Assembly: GCA_030141605.1 (NCBI GenBank)
Contig: JAQGDQ010000103.1
Location: 558,001-622,000, forward strand
DNA length: 64,000 bases
From: Tubiluchus corallicola
Taxonomy: Eukaryota > Animalia > Priapulida
Direction: 5' to 3'
Within the stretch, counting starts at the first letter, position 1. Every line of letters starts with the position of its first letter. Shown piece after piece: positions 22,016 through 34,900 of the stretch. Under the pieces are notes generated by a model. It ran no database searches. It was not told where the DNA came from and saw nothing but the letters and a program-made list of their open reading frames with translations. Position numbers and translations under genes: made by a program.

Positions 22016-23229
22016 TTAAGCAGGCGGACTGCCATATTGTTGCATATTGTTATTCACCATCGTCTCACTGAGCTTACTTTTTATTAGTCCTGCGAGAACT
22101 CACATTGGCTCAGAAGACGTAATGTTTAACGAAACTTAAACGGGTTCAGACGTTTTAAATTCGTCCATCAAATCTCCCCATGACATCAGCATGAACTACA
22201 AAAGCAACTGGTATTGACGAATGATCCAATTCATTGAAAAACTCCATGCGGCTGCGGGTCTTGCTTTCACCATAGACTAGCTGATTTGACGATAAGTGAT
22301 GGATAAATCCACCAGGAGGCGTGCAGAGCGGGACGCTGGATGCCCATTTGTGGAGGCAGAACGCTTTACCGCGCACTGCATTAGCAACTCAATATACCCT
22401 CTACAAGTTAATGTGTTTATAATTAAGCTAATTTGGTCACAGCGTCTCAGTGATAAAAAACGCTTTGGTCTGTGGGCTACTGAAATCACTCATGAGATCC
22501 GTGGTTGGAGTTTCTGACATTTAGAATACATCTTGCGCACGTGCAAACAGGAGAATTTACAATTTCCGTTTCTGCTTTTCATTTTAGCGAAGAAAATTCT
22601 GATAATTATCCTTTAAGTTTTACTACAATTTGTATATTTATTACATAATTGTATACATATTTAATATAACATGCATAAATATTAGTAACGAAGTAATATT
22701 CATTTTTCAATATAGAAGATAAAATATGTACAACTGTGAAATAAAAAGATAATATGTAAAGGGATGTTAGTGGTGTGAAAAAGCTCAAGGAGCGCAACAA
22801 ATGAGGTAACTTGAGCTAAGATTGTCTTCTCTAAATGTATCCAGAAATAAATTCAAATACGTGAAAGAGCCAGATTCCAACTGAATCAATGTACTTATAT
22901 TTACACAAGCACCAATCGCCGATGGTTCTAAACAGACATAATCTCAGTTACATTACTTATATGTATATCATTGCAAAACGTGTAAATGAGGAGAAAGGTC
23001 AAGTAAATGGTTTACTTTTTGTTGTAAGGTTGGATATAAGAAGATCTTCTGAAGAAAATCTAAAAATCCAATCTGTGTACTTTGAGCGACAGTATTCTCA
23101 TCTCGACTATTAATCACTTCATTTCTTGAATTGAATTATTGTAGAAAGAGGATAAGGAGAAATTTGTATTATAGATGAATTTGAATTTGATTAGGATTGC
23201 AAAAATCTCATTATCTTCAAATAATTTAA

Positions 23230-23806
23230 AGGAAAACATGATGATTTTTCATACCCCACCACATTTTGAAAGTATATATTTTACCATCTATAATAATGCC
23301 AAAGTGTTTCTGATAATTAAATAATAGGTTAAAAACTTAATTAGCGGCCAATTAGGGATGCCATCACAACCGAACATAATTTTTAGCAGCACAAACATTC
23401 CACGAGCGTGTTGCACGTGTTTGTGAAAGCGAAAGTTGAAGTACAGTGCTGTTGTACAACATTCATTGTGATATACACAAACTAAGCAAAGTCAAATTTC
23501 AAGTTTACTGCAATGCTCACGCATCAGCTCTTGGACGTATGCACTATGTCGCAACTGAGCACCTCTGAACTGAGAGGTACAGCATATGTTATTTGTGCAA
23601 CGCGTTTGCGAGACGCAGGTGCTAGTGCCCATTTAAGTAGCGAATGGCGAAATGCATGTAATAGCGAAGAACTATTCGACTTAAACCTAAATTATGTTTC
23701 TATGGTAATAATTCTTCGCGTAAATCCATTCCTGGAAAAACTGTCTCTTTCAATTTTTTACGGGTTAAATTAGTTTGAGCTATGGTATATTGTGTCCGGG
23801 TTTTCT
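23230..23806 (+). mobile_element. Kolobok/T2-type MITE family A copy
   Basis: TTAA|AGGAAAACATG... with the collinear core; degenerate right end CCGGGTTTTCT. Confidence 0.8.
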
Positions 23807-24814
23807 CTAAGATACAAATGATTGTTTATACACAGGATAGTGATGAACCTGGCACCTGGTTCAAATTCAGGCTGGATCTTTGAGCCATTCTTTGAGACTT
23901 TCTTTGACTGGAAAATGTAAAAATTCAGGCTTGATTCAATTATTAGAAAGAAGAAAATTACATTTCGGCTTTATTGTGTATTCTGGCACTTAAAAACATT
24001 TCATCTCTGTTGTAAAAATGGGATGTAAAAGTGATACTACAACGGCATCAATCTTGGAATTATTCCTGCTAGAATTTAGTGACCTTTTTTCCTGAAACTT
24101 AACTCAAAGCTGGGTGCCTAGGCCGTGCAGCACCAAATTTCATCGCCTCTCGAGTGCACAAGAGAGACGTTTTGCTCCTCAAATCACTAGGTGGTCGAGC
24201 CACTCTTGTAGACACTTTTTCTTCTAATCCATTTCTACACAATAGAATCAGATGGCCAGAAATAACCTTCAAATTAACAAGTGGCAAGTTGTAGCAGTCA
24301 ATCAAGTGGTCAACAAGGTCCAGTACATAGCAAACATGGCATTTAAAGTTTTAAAACCAGTCAATCTCAACTTTTCAAACACGCCAGGAAACAAGCTTGG
24401 AACATGATGGAATTAATAACACTTTTTCTCAAATTTAGAAAAAATGGTAAAAAGAAGGAAACGCGAAAAAAGACTGAAATAGATCTGTATTTGAACCAGG
24501 AACCGCTGGATAACAATTTCGTGACGATGACCGCTAGACCATATAACTCCTTGTGATTAAGGCAGTTCGTGATTCAATCCTAGTAGCTCGACAGCTAGGG
24601 TCAGTCCTGATTTTTTCACATTTGCTTTATAGTAAAATCAGGATCTAAAATTTAAAAAACTCCACTTAAATTTAACTTCCAAACCTACAGTTGATAATAT
24701 TCAAGCTAGTACTAAAAACGATTTTGTTAAGTTCACGCGAGTTTAACACCAGGTAATTTCCAGCAGAAGCAAGTCCTTAACACTTACTCTGCGCCAGCTA
24801 AATTGTCCAGTCTG

Positions 24815-25040
24815 GTTGCCATGGTAATCAAATGGGCAGCGACATCTTATTTATTTTATCCTTGCCTTCCAGCCCTTTGCTATGATATTCAGCTCCTTGC
24901 TATGATGACAGCAGGGAACTTCATTCCCAGTCCGTTGCTATGGTGATCGTTGCTATGGTAACCAGTACGGAACTTTTTTCCTAGTCCATTGCTATGGTGA
25001 CCAACTGGGCACTATCTTCCCAGTCCGTTGCTATGGTATT
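24815..25040. repeat. Degenerate ~39-bp tandem repeat carrying GTTGCYATGGTRAY palindromes
   Basis: Motifs at 24815, 24934, 24949, 24988 and 25027, plus two weaker copies. Confidence 0.8.
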
Positions 25041-25044
25041 CTAA

Positions 25045-25265
25045 CCTGCTTAGTGTAGAGGCTCGTGGCAGGATCGTAATCTAGATAGTACCTACTAAGT
25101 GTAAACGTTTGTGGCAGGACCGTTATCTAGACAGCACCTGCTTACTGCAGACGCTTGTGGCTGGACTGTAATCTAAACAGCTTTACTCAGTGTAGATGCT
25201 TGTGGCAGACAGTACTCTACACAAAGCCCACTTAGCGTCGACGCTTGTGGCAAGACCGTAATCCA
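25045..25265. repeat. ~45-46-bp minisatellite, 5 units
   Basis: Consensus approximately CCTGCTTAGTGTAGACGCTTGTGGCAGGACCGTAATCTAGACAGCA. Confidence 0.85.
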
Positions 25266-26014
25266 CTCAATCAACACGAATAATCCTGTAAAAGGAGACG
25301 CTGCATTGGCAGAGAATCTTCTCTCAGCGAGGAAAATACTCAGGGTATGAATGGTCAAACCGCCCGAAAGCGCCCTTCCCGCCTGGTCGCCTATATATGT
25401 CGCACAACGAGACAGATGGACCAATAATGAATCTGCAGAGCCAGAACAATGTCAAAGCGCACAGAAATGCTAATTTAAATAGCAAAAATACCAATTTAAA
25501 ACTGAATGTACTGAAACGCAGTTACACAGAAACAAATTGCAGAATGAGTAAAAAATAAGTATAAATAAAAATATAATGTATGATCAAACGTTACTGACGT
25601 CTTATACTAACATTTTTGTGAAACAGAATACCATCGTACGCTTCTATGAGCGTACTCCTTCTCATTCAGTAGCTCACAGCTATCAAAAAGTGAAACATTT
25701 TTGTACCGTTTTAATGCATGGTAGATTTGCAAGCGTCCCTTCCTGACAGGTGTGGCTTAGGCCAGCAGTAATGGTATAATCACTACACTCGCACGAGCTG
25801 TCAGCACTTCGAGTAATCCTAGCCAAAATATCTCGATAAAACTCATTTAGACAATTAACCTCAGCGAACTGTGAGTGAAATAATCCAATCTGTCGCTTGC
25901 CCACCACTTCCGTTTCACTAATCTTGTAAAAAGACACCCAGTCTGAAGCGCTAGTGTCACAAACCTACGTTGAATCTTTTACCCCCCCCCCCCTCTGCAT
26001 ACGCTGTTCGGTTT

Positions 26015-26160
26015 TTGTTTTTTTGTGCAATGTGTTTTCGAAATGCAGGCGCTAGTGCCAGTCTAACTATCGAATGGCGAAATGCACGTAACAGCAAAGA
26101 AGTAGTGGCGAGAACGCGAAATTGCGTTTGTGTGTATAATAATTCCTTCCAATATTTTAA
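26015..26160 (+). mobile_element. Internal fragment of MITE family A
   Basis: TTTTGTGCAA.GTG...CGAAATGCAGGCGCTAGTGCCA...GAATGGCGAAATGCA.GTAACAGC shared with the other copies. Confidence 0.65.
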
Positions 26161-27523
26161 AAACTAGTTTAAATGCATTAACCGACAGATGTGGCAATAC
26201 AGAAGTATGAATCTGTAACTTAGTGTGCGCTGCAAAGGCTTTTGATGAATTTTAGAAACGAATTAATGCCTAAATTCCTATGCAGTTATTTAAAAATAAC
26301 AATTTATAGTGGTTAATAAAAAAGAAGAAATATTTCAAAATCACACGAGTCTGTTTATTTACAAAAAATACAAAAATACGTCCGACGTCGACTGCTTCAT
26401 TTTTTTATGAAATTGACGTCTTGTAATGGCGCGGTCGGAACAGTATTGCGGGAGATTTAAAATGAAAACAAGCGAAAATTCCTTTTAACGCGAGTACGAT
26501 ATGTGCATAAAATTGCTGTGAAGTAATACAATTTTTAAGTTGATTTTTCTGAAACCTACGTCAGGTACCCCTTTTTTGTCCTTTAAACAACACAGCCGTC
26601 ATCTAAGCATTCCAGTTTGTATGGAACCAGCAAATGCGGCAATTTTTTGCAACTCCTTATTGGACTGTACCTGCACCCCTGGCATAACAGCAACTGTGAA
26701 AGACAGCGAGAGCTTTAAAAGCAAACCCTAGGCAAGTGATTCAGCTCCCAAAAATTCTTGGTTAACGAGGTTAATTGCACGGGCGGGTCAAGCAAGCCAC
26801 TGGGCTAGCATATTAGCATAGGATAAACGTTCCTGCTTGCAAACAAAACGGTACTTAACATGATTGTTTCTACGTATATTAGAGCACAAAAGTGAACTAA
26901 GATAATACAAAAGTCATAAAAGCTTATTGTTAACACAAAAGTGTCTTATTGAAGCCGGTGAAGCAAAAATATTGAGTCAGTTATGAGGAGTTATTTGAGT
27001 CTATTATCAGCAGTTTATATACATTTGAATAGAAGCAGCCCGTGCCAGACGTTTTTGAGTCAATTAGGCAATTAACCGTGAGTCCAATAAACTGCGCCTG
27101 CAGTATTTATAATAGCTTTACTTACACTCAATTAAGTACAATGATATAGCACTAGATATTTAGTAGTTTTTATTTTTACTTTTACCTATATTGATGGAAA
27201 TTCACAAAGCGGGTTGTGAATTATTGGTTTATAATTTTGAGGAATTTGAAAAGCCGGGTTTTTTGACAAAGGATTTTTGTTTATTATTGGTACCGAGGCG
27301 CTGTATACTAGTCTTTTGTATCGCCTTGTACGTCTGCCAAACATGTTGCGCAGGTGTTTATAGCAGGAGATCAATTATTATATAAATATACTTACTTTCT
27401 ATAAGTAGCTCCCCTGTAAATAGAGAGGATTTATACACATATGCTTATAATATTTTAAATTAAAAATATTTATAGTAATAGTAATAGCAATAGTAAAAGT
27501 AATAATAATAATAATAATAATAA

Positions 27524-27559
<36 letters not shown>

Positions 27560-29485
27560 AACAACAACTACTGCTGCTACTACAGCAGCAACAACAATTA
27601 ATAATGCTTTCTATATAAATGTATAGGCTTCGTCTCACGAGTGCTTAAAATTTTATTGATAATGTTAAGTAGCTAAAGAATGTTATTACACAGTACCTCC
27701 AAAAACTACAAAGTTTGTCTATAAGCGCAGATATTTTATATTGAATAATGAAGACTGCTTTCGTTCAATTTATACTAGACTTTTATTTTAATTAGAAAAA
27801 TATCATCAATTTACATAGTTCAGATTTTAATTGAAAACTTCACAAAAATAAATGTTCAATATTTTAATACAATCATAAGTAAATCAATACTACGGTAATT
27901 AATTTACTTTACTAATTGAGTTATGAAGTCAATGATTGATGTACTGCAACCACAATACACCCGACTTAGGTCCTCTTTTCGGGGTTAATGGGAGAGCACG
28001 AGTGCGTTACATATTATTCAACATTTTTAACGCCTCTCAATTAGAGCCCTAATGGAGCTTACATACAAGCAACACGCGCTATTCACTCTCAATTGGGTAC
28101 AATGTGCACTGCATCATTGTGTCTGCATCATTTTAATCAGGGGAAAATGTAGGAGTTTTCAGAATGTTCGCTGGAGAGGAATGATAGAGGTTGGAAGGGG
28201 GTCCTGGCGTATTGTTTGGACAGCACGGGCGTTACTCACTGCTCAGTCAGCGTTACAACGGAATTGAATTCGCCATGAACACAAATTATTCTTATAGCTT
28301 CATGGTAGCAACCGTATTAAACTGTCAAATTCTCAGCTTCAGAATATTCTGCTGAATTATCGTGTTATGTTTCAAAGTAATTGAATCGGGTTGTTCAAGA
28401 TATACACAGGGTTGCTTCTAAAATATACCAGGTGGCGAAAAGAATATGCCGAAGTTTTGATCAGGATAACTATTATAAAAAAACAGAATTGCTTCAAAAT
28501 TACGACGCTAGTGTTACAGATGCTTACGTATAAACAGTAAAAATTTTACTACCAAACATCACTTTTAAAAAATTCTTTATTTGGAGTTGTTTTTTCTTTT
28601 CACATTATATAATTTTGTAATGATAGTATATTAGTAGCACTAATATAAAGGCTAATATAATATATATATAAAGGAAATAGTATATTCAGAGTTAAAATTT
28701 AAAAGGAATTTTATTTAATATTAATTTATAATAGTTTAAAGTATAATGGCAACAATTATATATAATTAACGGTTCCTCCAGGTGAAGCTGAGAGGCCTGC
28801 CCAAATACAGGCGTTTGCAAAACAAGTATAAAGAATCCCTAATTCATTTTTTATTTTCTTATTTAAACATTTATTTCAGCATACATAAAGTTTAAATTTA
28901 TACTAAAAGCTAAGAAGCACTATATGTCATGCATTATTAAAAGCAGTACAAATATATACAAAAATATATTAAAAATACACACAGAATTAAAACCACAACG
29001 GCTTCAGCGAAAACACCCGCGTTTGCTAAGTCAATAAATCAGACCATTTTCTAAATATTTTACTATAAAATCGTACGTCAGTTTGGTGACATATACATAT
29101 ACATATATATATATATATATATTGCAATAGAAGTTTCCCTACTCAATCATTCATGTTCATTCAGGTAGAGAAACGCAACAGTTCTTTTAAAATGTTTTAT
29201 GGCGTAAGCATAGCGCGTGAAATACTTGTGAAGAGCAATGTTGTAAGTAGCGCTGATCTTGGTTAAACTGCATATCTTGAAATTAGCATTATAGGTTATT
29301 ACAGTATATATTGTTACAGAACGAACGAAATGGCTCAGTTTTAACATTATTTGACCAAGAGGTTGCATAATATCGCAAAAAGGTATACTTGATCAAAACA
29401 ATGATCAAGTTAGTCGTTGTTGCTGACTCCAAGCACCCTATCTGCTGCTGCTGTCCACGATGCACTGTCCCTCAAATTTAGAGTT

Positions 29486-30118
29486 GCATAAGATAAGATA
29501 AACATTTATTTGACGTCGATTTTAAAAACACACAACTGCAAGCTGCAAGAGCTTATGTCACCGACAAATAAATGAAACTATTCAGCTACGTTAAAAACTA
29601 ATTAAATTAAATAATGCACACTTAAGAACAGATAGACTTAATAAAATTATAAAATAACTTCTACTTTCACTACCTTCTACTTCTACTTATAACTATCAAA
29701 AAAATAAGCTAAAATCTTCACAATAGCTACACAACGTACAACTCAACTGGCCAGAATTATTACAAGAACGGCATGTACAACGTTCTCCACTCCACATTTT
29801 TAATTTGCTCTTAAAAGAATTTAGTTCGGTTTCATTTTTAATATGAGTGGGGAGAGTATTCCATAACTTTGCCCCCAAGTAACTGAATGAGTTCAGACCA
29901 TATTTCGTTGTTCGAACATGTGGAACCATCATTTTTGCATTATCACGAAAACTGTACACAGTATGTTTTAGCTGAAATAACTTTTGTATATAATCTGGTG
30001 ACTGGCCGTTTATTGCCTTGAAGACGTCAGTTACTATTGACTGCTTTCTACAAATTTCCAAAGTTGGAATATTGGCTTTCTGTAATAGCTGCTCATATGA
30101 GCTATCATAATCATTTAA
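29486..30118 (-). mobile_element. 5'-truncated CR1/L2-group LINE (ORF2 C-terminus, 3' UTR and (ATCTT)n tail)
   Basis: ORF 29696-30061 encodes VFKAING.SPDY...RTTKYGLNSFSYLGAKLWNTLP..IK....LNSFKSKLK.W.G..C.C..C; the - strand ends AATAAATGTTTATCTTATCTTATG. Confidence 0.85.
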
Positions 30119-31024
30119 ACATATTTAAACATAACAAGATAAAACGTGAAAAGTACAGAGCTCAAACAATCACCTTGCGGCGCCGATATTAGCAACTGAT
30201 GTTAGAAGCGAATACTGTGCTCATCATATCGGATAATAAGATTTTGCAAAAATGAGTTGATGAAGTGCAGTGCTCAAATTAAGAGTGACCATAGTGGGTG
30301 CTGACGGCACCTAGTAAACATTTTCGAAGTAGTCTTAGTTTAGCCTTTTTAGATTTGCCATATTACACACCAATCAGATATCAGAATTAGGTAAAGTCAT
30401 CTGACATACCTGACCTAATTTGCAGTACTTATATGTACACGATGACAGATCTTTTTCTCTCTCATTGATGTTTTTTTTAATTCTGCTGAACATAATGGTT
30501 TCTGTTTTTTTGTTATCCAAGATGCCATCTTAGTTACCAAACTACAAGTTTTGCTAAATAAAGTCAATTGTCTTAAATTTATAAATTTATTCAAGAAATT
30601 CGTATGTCAACTACAAATTAGAAATGGATTATGCGATTATTGAACACGACATATTTTTGTTAAACTGCTGTAATTTTCTGTTTTCACCTGTTATCGCACA
30701 AGCCGGACTTCTTTTGGATGTTTTACCTGGATGCATCCACAATTATGAACAAGTAAAGCCCTGGTGGAAACCTACATCAGCAAACGTTGCATGCATAAAC
30801 GATACAAAGAACGGCATTAGTCTATTCTAATAATGTATTTGCTAGCCTTTTGGCGTGACCACATTTTGTTGCGTGTAGTACACTGTATGTAATACAATAA
30901 AACGTACGCATGTGTAGCACATAAATAAAATGTAAAAAATGAATCTCTTATCTGTTTATTTTTTTCGTGTTCCGTCGCATTATCAGTTACAGTCAGTATT
31001 TCTACGTAAGTCAATAGCTAACAC

Positions 31025-31255
31025 CTCTTGGCTTTTTTGTCGCTTCAAGAGCTTTACGTAATGCTCAAGGAAGACAAGGTTCCTGTCTTCTTACTTGGAT
31101 TTGTTTACTCCAACGGTTATTCTTCACCACATCACACAGATCATCATTGGTTATTCTGTTAGGCCATTTAATATCTAACAGTTTCCTGTAGAGACTCTGA
31201 AAGGTGTCTATTTGTTGTTTAACCATTATTGTCCACATTTAGTTAATTGAGAAGT
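31025..31255 (-). mobile_element. Decayed RTE-group LINE ORF2 C-terminal fragment
   Basis: The - strand translates WTIMVKQQIDTFQSLYRKLLDIKWPNRITNDDL...WSKQIQVRR...ALEATKKPRG, matching the RTE pattern IDxFQ..LR.IL.I.W...I.N..L...RR...RPRGR. Confidence 0.55.
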
Positions 31256-31579
31256 TGTTAGAGTCATTCGTTGAGGAATAAGGCATGTCTTTACGAGCGC
31301 AGAATCACGCAATGCACTTCAACACCCAGCGAAACTGCTAAAGTCACTCGTATACCGTTAAAAATACTAAAATTACCATCCAAAATTAATGCTGATAAAA
31401 AGTCCTGCTTAAAATACAAAAGACAAAAATACAATTTAGGCTGCCATGAAGTCACAAATAAATCAAGCTATTTGACTTGTCGTGTTTGACTATTAGGTCT
31501 ACTGTTGCATAAATAATAATTTGTTTAAACTTTTGTGTTTAACACTAATTAAAGATGTGTTTTTTGGTAAAAACAACTT

Positions 31580-31802
31580 GTATTAATTTTCGTTTATGCC
31601 TGATTTACGAAAATCAATTATTCCGCGATATCGGTAATTCAGCCTTTTTTATAAAAAATAGTAATCCGTTATCAAATTACGGTATTATTGGTATTACAGA
31701 AAATCAATAATCAGTATATAATCGGTTTTAAGAAAATCAGGAATTGGCTATGGGATCAGGATCGGCTTTGTCAGGATTAAAACAACCCTATATCACGCCC
31801 TA
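31580..31802. mobile_element. Right part of an hAT-like MITE with ATCGG subterminal repeats
   Basis: Repeated ATCGG/ATCAG motifs ending in ...CACGCCCTA. Confidence 0.35.
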
Positions 31803-31942
31803 GTAGTTCGCATTTTCATGGGGTTCTTGATAAAAAGCTCTCATATCTGCATTTCAAGTTTATGGCTCTTCGAATCCAAATTCTTGGCTTTCAAGTTCAA
31901 ATCCCTAAAAAGTGGACTCCAGTGAAAAGACGGATTTGAGTT

Positions 31943-34900
31943 CTACATCACTGGCACACACCAACTTAATTTCGTAATCTGTGTAAATATCAGTACAACT
32001 TTTTGATTGTTACCAGTCACATAACTTGCCACTGTGCCAGCAGTGCAGCAAACTACTACGGCTATTAGCCCATACCGTAAATGAGATATTGAGTATATTG
32101 TTGTAAAGACACTGTACTTTGATGCAATTATACTCATTTCATTCATTAAGGCAGTGGTTGCTAAAGTAGTTGAACTTGCAGTTGCATTTTCTGAATGGCA
32201 CCCTTTTGTGGATAACGGAAGTAATTCCCTTGGGAACGAACTTATTTGGGTCCGACCATCAGCCACATATTTAACAAAAGTGAGATTACTAAGCCAGAAA
32301 TGGCGACTATAGAATTTATCTTTGGGAAAAGGATACCCAGCAAAAAATGCCCAAGAAGTGGTCCTCCTACTGCTCCAAATAAACTAGTGGCCAGACGAAC
32401 TACAGTATTATATACATACTGAAAGCACAGAGCGAGTATGATAATTAGAATACTGTACCAAAGTGCCAGCCACTGTGAGAGCTTTGTGGCAGTTGTTTCT
32501 TCAATACTGCTTCCTTTTTTCTTGCAGGTAGGGCTTAATAAAGTCCTGTACTGTAACTGCTGAAAGAGAATTTATTCCCGATGATACTGTACTTAGAGCT
32601 CCACTGTAACAGGCAGCAACAAACAACCCTGAAGCTCCCTGCCCCAGTATTTGCAAGGCAAGCATGGGAACCAACTGATCTGCTTTTGCTACACAACCAG
32701 CCGTAAGAGGGTCACAGTCCCAATAATGCGCATACATCAACAAGGCACACAAAGTTGTGGAAATGGATAGAAGCAACTTATATGGGACATTTAGTAGTAA
32801 GGTAATTTGAGCGTGCCTTTGATACTTGATGCTGCTATATCTTTGTATCATCGACTGATTGCTGCCAAAGTGCCAAATCACCAAAACTATTTCCTATAAT
32901 GGTTGCCCACAAGCTGCATCAAGCTGTTGGATTTGGATCAAAGTTGAAAAACGACGTCCGGAGGCCTTCTTCAGCAAGTTGCCACATGTTACTCCAGCCT
33001 CCAATGCTAATCAATGCTCGAATATCAATAGCCAGAACTCCGGCAAATGGAATCAGCATATGTACCGTGTCAGTCCACAGCACTGCCTTCAATCCACCAA
33101 TTGTTGTGTAAAACGTACTAACAACTCCTGTGGAAATGACGGTTAACCACAACGAGAGAGCAGCGACTAGAGAAAGAGCCAGAGCTGGTGTGTATAATGC
33201 GAGGGCTACGTAAAGGAATGTCATCAACATGAACTTCAGTGTCCCCAAGAGTCTTGTTCGATTGAATCTCATCTCAAGGTACTGAAAGTATAATTAAGAT
33301 TTGTGAGAAAATGAAGGATGCAAATTTCATAAAGAAACTGTATTAAAAACTGAACTTGAAGCAACATTACAATTACTACAACAAATCTCACAACAAAGCA
33401 AACTCAATAACGAAAGTACCTGGACAACACCTGAACTTGACAAACTAAGAATAGCGAAAAACAGAATGTATAATATATGGGAAAAGAACAAAACTAAAAA
33501 CAATCATAACAATTATAAAAAAAAAGAAATCAATTTAATAATCTTAATAAATGCTTGAAAAATAAACATATACAACAACAATGTAAAAACGCAACAAATA
33601 CCAAAGAAAAATGGAAAATTATTAACAATGTAATAAATAAATGCCGTAACAAACTAACGCGTGTTGACGAAATTAAGATCAACAACACTGTTATTACAAA
33701 ACCCAAAGATATTGCCAACACGCTAAATGCAATATTCCTGAATCTTGGAAATTTTAAGGGAGTCGCTTCTCATATTAGCAAAAATATAATTAATAAATTA
33801 AAAAACAAATCGTCTAACACAGTATTCTCATTCAAAAGCGTCACAGTAGGAGAAATTAACGACATATTAAATAACCTAAGTTCCAACAAAGGGAGTGGAC
33901 CATCAGATATTCCTATCAAAATTCTAAAAGATAGCGCATCTGTAATAGCCCCGCATATGACTTACATTGCTAATCAGATAATTATGAGAGGCGAATTTCC
34001 AACGGTTTGTAAAATGGCAAACGTGACTCCAATCCATAAAAAAGATCCAAAATGTGATCCCATGAATTATCGCCCAATTTCCGTAATCCATTGTTTCGGC
34101 AAAGTTTGGGAAAGGGTAATTTATGATCAGATAAATTCATATGTAAATAAACATGAACTTTTATCAAAACATCAGTTTGGCTTCCGTAAACACCATTCAA
34201 CCATTGACTCCCTAATACACACAACAGAAAATTGGAGACATAGTTTAGACAACAAGCAATACATTTTAGCAGCATTTTTGGATTTAAGTAAAGCTTTCGA
34301 TAGCATTAATCACGAACTACTTTACGATAATTTAAAACAAATCGGATTAGATTCGATATCGTTAAAACTGATACAAAATTATCTCAAAGATAGGCAACAA
34401 CGAGTAAAGTTAGATACAACCAACTTTTCTGACTGGGCCACGTTAAACAGAGGTATACCGCAAGGAACACTACTAGGTCCGTTATTATTTTGCCTATATA
34501 TAAACAACATATCCAGTGTATTAAAACACTCACAAATAACGCAATACGCTGATGACACTACAATCTACATAGCCCATGAAAATGTCCAAACTGCAAAAAA
34601 TTATTTAGAAGAAGATATAAAAAATATAAATATGGCATTTAGTCATTACAAGCTAAAAATGAATAATGACAAAACAGAATTCATGATACTGTCACCCTCA
34701 TTAAATACTAATGATGCATCATCAACCACTTTGACAATAGATAATGCTGTAATCAAACAAACTAACAATGTTAAATTCCTGGGCATACAAGTAGACAATA
34801 ATCTTTCATGGGATGATCACTTTAATAACATATACACAAAAATGGCATCTAGCACATCATATCTCCGACAAGTTAAAGGGCAACTAACAAAGGAAACTAA

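Noticed and set aside
24815-25265. CRISPR-like appearance of the repeats
   Set aside because: Eukaryotic context, degenerate tandem units without unique spacers, and no cas genes.
30294-30316. Helitron-like 3' end (GGTGC/GCACC hairpin followed by CTAGT)
   Set aside because: Too short to support, with no matching 5' end or second copy identified.
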